From positions 3,530,443 to 3,594,442 of the forward strand of contig NW_003314265.1 in NCBI RefSeq assembly GCF_000143415.4: a DNA stretch of 64,000 nucleotides, written 5' to 3'. The position numbers and the translations under genes were made by a program. Each line of letters opens with the position of its first letter. The first letter of the stretch is position 1. Below are positions 59,701 to 64,000 of this stretch, one piece after another. Source of the stretch: Selaginella moellendorffii (Eukaryota; Plantae; Lycopodiophyta). Under the pieces are notes generated by a model, which was not told where the DNA came from, did no database searches, and saw only the letters and a list, made by a program, of their open reading frames with translations.

Positions 59701-62700
59701 TTGACCGAGCAAGATAACGGCATGACGGTGACGTTTGTCCATACCATCTGTCCTCGATTTCGAGAGAGAGTAAAGCCGCACCAACTGCCATATCGTTGTC
59801 CCTCATAAGAAACTCCACCTTTACATAACCATGTACTCTGTCAGTAAATGACGTACACTAGAAAGCGTAACATGCCACTTGCCTTGCTTCCGATAGCTCG
59901 CAGTTCGAGTAAAGATCCTTCTTCTCCCAATAGAACTTGTTCCCGATCACTATGCCCCTGAAAGTTACAAACTATGAGAATCAGCTAAAAACACGTAGTT
60001 TCTCACGTACCGTTTTGGTACTAGCAATACAGATCTTCAACTCATCCAACGTCCCAGTTAAAAACAGTTTTTCTTTTTCCCCAGCAGGTCCAACAGGAGA
60101 GACATTCTTATCTTTGGAATCTTTGCCTGCTGTTCCGCGAACCACAGCCTGCGAGCTCTGATGAACATTGTAGCAAACTGTCCTTTTAAGAAACAGTAAA
60201 AAGAAAAAAAGAAACGTACATTTAGCTTACGAATGATAGCCATAAAATGTGCCCGCCAGTTTTCTAGAGTATCCTCGTCCTTGAATCGTAATATCACAGC
60301 ACTTACAGACTCTACCACCTGCAAAGTGCTTCTCAGTTGTGATGAACTACTACGTAATCGTACCTACCTTTTTACTAAATTGTTCCGGATCGCATAATGC
60401 AAGCACGTGTGCAATACCTCCCACTGATTCAGGTGGAATCAGATATACTTGCTTGCCGAACAGGCTGAAAATTACAAACCGTAATTACAAACAAAATTAT
60501 AAAGAAAGTATCATTGTTAGCAAGCTTACCTCACGCAGTGCTCATATGATTCAGAGGACACAGATTCCAAAATATAGAAAGAAGGCGCCGCTATAACTCC
60601 GTAACGATGATTCCAAACGGCCTCCCTGTTTCCCATACCCTGGACACAGATAACACTGAAGGATCACTCATAGGTGTTAATAACAAGTACCTTCCAAGCA
60701 AGAACAGTAAGATCTCCTTCAAAATCGGCTGGCTCCCAGGGACGAACCGATACATCTGTAGAACCGCCTTGTAACAGTTCCACAACTTGCATAAGCCTAT
60801 GATATCTAGCAGGAGAAAAATGTACAGCCACAGAAGGCACTCGCACGGCCACTCGTGTAGATGGGTATGAAGGATGAGGAACACATATCTGAAAAGAGAA
60901 AAGGAAACTTTGAAGGTCTTTACGAGCACGAAGACTTTACCTGCTGCAGCAAGGCAAAAACGGCACATTTCTCAATTACGGGCAGAACTCCTGAATCTTT
61001 GGAAGAGTGAACCGCATCCCAATCGCAGTCGCCGTCAACCAAAAAGCCAGACACGTCGTTTAGCTGCATTTTGAAGCACATGTACATCTCACTCTCCTCC
61101 TGGGAAATTCGTTGCTCTTCACCCTGTGTGAAGATTTTTAGATTCAGATTCAATCATATAACAAGAGCAATACCCGTTCCGTCTTCATTTTGAAATGCCC
61201 CAAATCAAGCATGAGTTTAGTCCGCTGTGAGTTTTTTGGATAAAAATCTGTTGGAATGGTGACTTTGGGAGCAGCTATGTCCAAAAATAATGAGAACCTG
61301 CAACAAGTATATAACAGCTAGTTCAAATAAATTTGCCTCTACCTGGGACGATTTTTTAAAGCCTCATTGAATTGCTGTTGCGTTTTCCTTGTAACTTCGT
61401 CCAAAGTCATCTTCAAAAGTAGAGACAAGAGTAAGCAAAGCCGAAACCACTAAAGTCATTCTCTTACCTGAAATGCCGCAGCCGTCTGTATTGCAACTTC
61501 ACGGCTTACAGATGTCCTGCTACTGAAAAACGCAATGACCCTGTCGATGCTTGCTTTGTGGTACTGCAGAAAAAGATAGATAGTACGCAAATCTTACACT
61601 AATGCTGTGAGACTCACCGTAATATAGCAAGGAGAGGCTCCTGCAGACAGACTCCAGTCAAGATCCTCATTCACTGGAGCTAACGAAAATGTGGCACTCA
61701 GAGCATCAAGATGACTGGCACTCTAGAGAGGAAAACAGTAAGGAAGTATGACAGAAAAAGAGCGTAACTGTACCTCCGCAAGTAATCCTTCGGGACAACA
61801 GATTTTGTACGACTCGAGTTTGAGATCGAAGTCTTTGGCTTCGGAATAAAGCCTGATACTACTTTGTAGCCCTTCGCAAGACAGGGTTAGAAGCTCCTCT
61901 TCGTTTTCCGAAATGAGTTTCGACGCGTTGTAATGCATTTGAACTTGCAAAACCGTATGCAGCATATTTGGTGCGTCCTGACCCGGCATCAAGGTCGACG
62001 GCTTGCCTTCTTGATAGCCAATAGCTTGATTCAATTGCTGCCATTCGTCATCGGAGAGGCCTCTTGGTTCACCGCCCCCATCAGATTGGCCACCCCTGAG
62101 AAAAAACGTCGAACGATTGATCACGTCACCAGAAGAGTACGTCGACCTTACCATCCGAACGGCCACCATCTTTTTTTAGCTTGTTCTTTCTCATGCTCAG
62201 CATTCTCTCTTCTAGCTTGATCTGCCAGTGTATGCGCAATAGTTCTGAAAAATAATGGTAAGAGCAACAAAAGGAGAAATTAATAACTAAATAAAATCGT
62301 ATCCACCTCCATTGAACAATAACATCCTTGTTGAGACTTGATTCAAGCTGTCTGATCCCATCATCATCATTGATTGAAATACGATCGGGATTTGCCAGCA
62401 AACATTTTGCATAGCTAGACAGGTACTGTTTCCGCATACGTGCATGGTGTAAAAGCTGATCCCAGCTCAAATGGCCACTGCAAACCTCCCATCAGAGCTT
62501 GCCAAAACATAAAGATGTTAAAATACCTGGCCTTCCTGTTCTTTTCTATTGTAGCTTTAATGGCATATTGCCACCAAGCTGCTGGATCTTCTGCAACTGT
62601 AACTTTTGGGCGGTAATGTGCATGTTCTACACGCATGTTGAACGTCGAAATGTTGTCGAAAAGCGTCAATACATCCCGATATTGGGGCTGTTTAACAATG

Positions 62701-63948
62701 CTGGTTAGCTTGCATATTAAAAAAAAATGTTACCTCTGAAAGACAAAGTGTAACATTTTCAAGCACGACTGCTGCAGTTTGAGCAGGTTTGTCCGCACTT
62801 CTTTCGTCACGTGTGCCTAGTTTACTGTACCGTGCCATGCCATCCACGGGCTGTAAGAGAAACGCGTGGTGGACTTTCTCAGCATCCTCGCGAACACCAG
62901 GTTCAAATGCCTGATAGTAAACGTCAAGCATACGTCCAAAAACAAAAACTACAAACATGCCTTGCTCCAGCCTTCAGGCGAAAGATTTTCAAAGTCCAAG
63001 TCCCATGGTTTCGACTTGCAATCGAAATAAAATGCTAGCCTTTTCAGCTCACCGGACTGCTCAGCGGCCAACATTAACGAAATATGGACACAAGAAAATT
63101 CAAATCTCTACCTTGTTGATTTTATCTAACGCGCCCCCGGAGACAAATAGCTCTTTCCCATTGTCATCAACAGTAACAGCAGCAAGTTTTTCCAGAGTAA
63201 CTCCAATGGCAAATGGCTGCTCAGGATTGCTAAAGAAGAAACGAATCAGGAGAAAAGTTCGAGAAAAATCCAACGTACCTTTCAGTGTCCTCAAATCTGA
63301 TGTGAATGTTTGTAACAGAAAGCTTTATATTGGAAATTATAGTTCCAATCAACGATCCCAGCCAAGAGTTATTCTAGAGTGGAAAACAAAAAAGATTCAG
63401 TACAGTAAACCATTACCAAGCTACTCAAGGTACGCACCATCTCGGTCTGTTGCTGCTGCCCTTGGTCTTGCGTAGAAGTGACAAGAGCGGTTTCATGTTC
63501 CTACAGCGATGACGAGAAAATTAAGGTCCAGATTTAGAGAAAGAGAAAAGGCAAAACGCTTGCCTTGATATACTGATATCTGGCTTCTTCAACCGCATCG
63601 TCATCAGCACCTTCGACTTTGAATGAAGGCTCCGCCAGCACAAATATGCGATCAAGAGTCACAATAACAGGCTCTTGTCCCAGCCGGCTCCACGGAACTT
63701 TCAATTTTACGGATCCCAGAAATCCAGCTTTGACTTTAATGGGGAGCTTCAATTCCAGTAAAGCTTCCGGTTTGAGCTGCATATTCGTGAGCTCCACATT
63801 TCCTGAGAAATCTCAAAGTCAAAAGAGGAAACCAAAAAGAAAACGGAGTACCTTGCCATGCACTGATCTTCAAGGCCTCCTTGGAGACCCCTTTGACGTA
63901 CTTCCCCAAATACTTTTGGAGATAGAACGCAACGTAGTCCTCCAACAT
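47780..63948 (-). CDS. VPS13: VPS13 lipid-transfer protein, VPS13M-type (chorein N, PH, Vps62-like repeats, C2-like, DysF-like, VAB, C-terminal domains); many exons
   Basis: MLEDYVAFYLQKYLGKYV...LKPEAL.ELKLPIKVKAGFLGSVKLKVPWSRLG, WWQYA, FFAT-like RFFDSSDE and FYDADS, IWRP..P.GY..LG repeats, EEVFENERFQP..GWG..VRRRRW, GFFQGIGKAFTG..QPLSG. Confidence 0.95.
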
Positions 63949-64000
63949 GGTTGCAGCACCAAAGCGATTGCTCTCTAGCTAGCCCACATTACCTCCGATC

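Overview
Gene-dense plant nuclear DNA with very short (mostly 50-70 nt) introns. The compactness, the PLS-class PPR genes and the presence of cilium-related genes point to a flagellate-sperm land plant, most likely the lycophyte Selaginella (inference). About 22 protein-coding genes are supported. In order: glutamine synthetase, a PPR-DYW gene, an LRR receptor-like protein, a PPR-E gene, casein kinase 1, DGAT3, a PsaN-like protein, TIM8, a GT47 glycosyltransferase, a glutaredoxin-like protein, an orphan ORF, a TEX47/MOT7 (BLUF-like) protein, a class III peroxidase, a Chibby-like protein, an aldo-keto reductase, NPU, a cycloartenol synthase, PDI, a small unknown gene, a gag-protease ORF, a second oxidosqualene cyclase (OSC) and a 16-kb VPS13. 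The window also holds two U1 snRNA genes, several TE/pseudogene relics and one N-gap. Main highlights: (1) an inverted OSC pair that is nearly identical except for a divergence peak over the active-site exons, with I->V, S->P and W->L changes, suggesting a new triterpene synthase kept distinct despite gene conversion; (2) an OSB-type ssDNA-binding PDF motif spliced onto a PPR-DYW editing factor; (3) a repeated ~16-aa insertion in PPR L-motifs; (4) BLUF-like and Chibby-like ciliary genes that the ORF track does not show; (5) an AKR lacking its catalytic Tyr and His; (6) a U1 variant with a broken stem-loop III. All family assignments come from motif recognition by eye; no database search was run.
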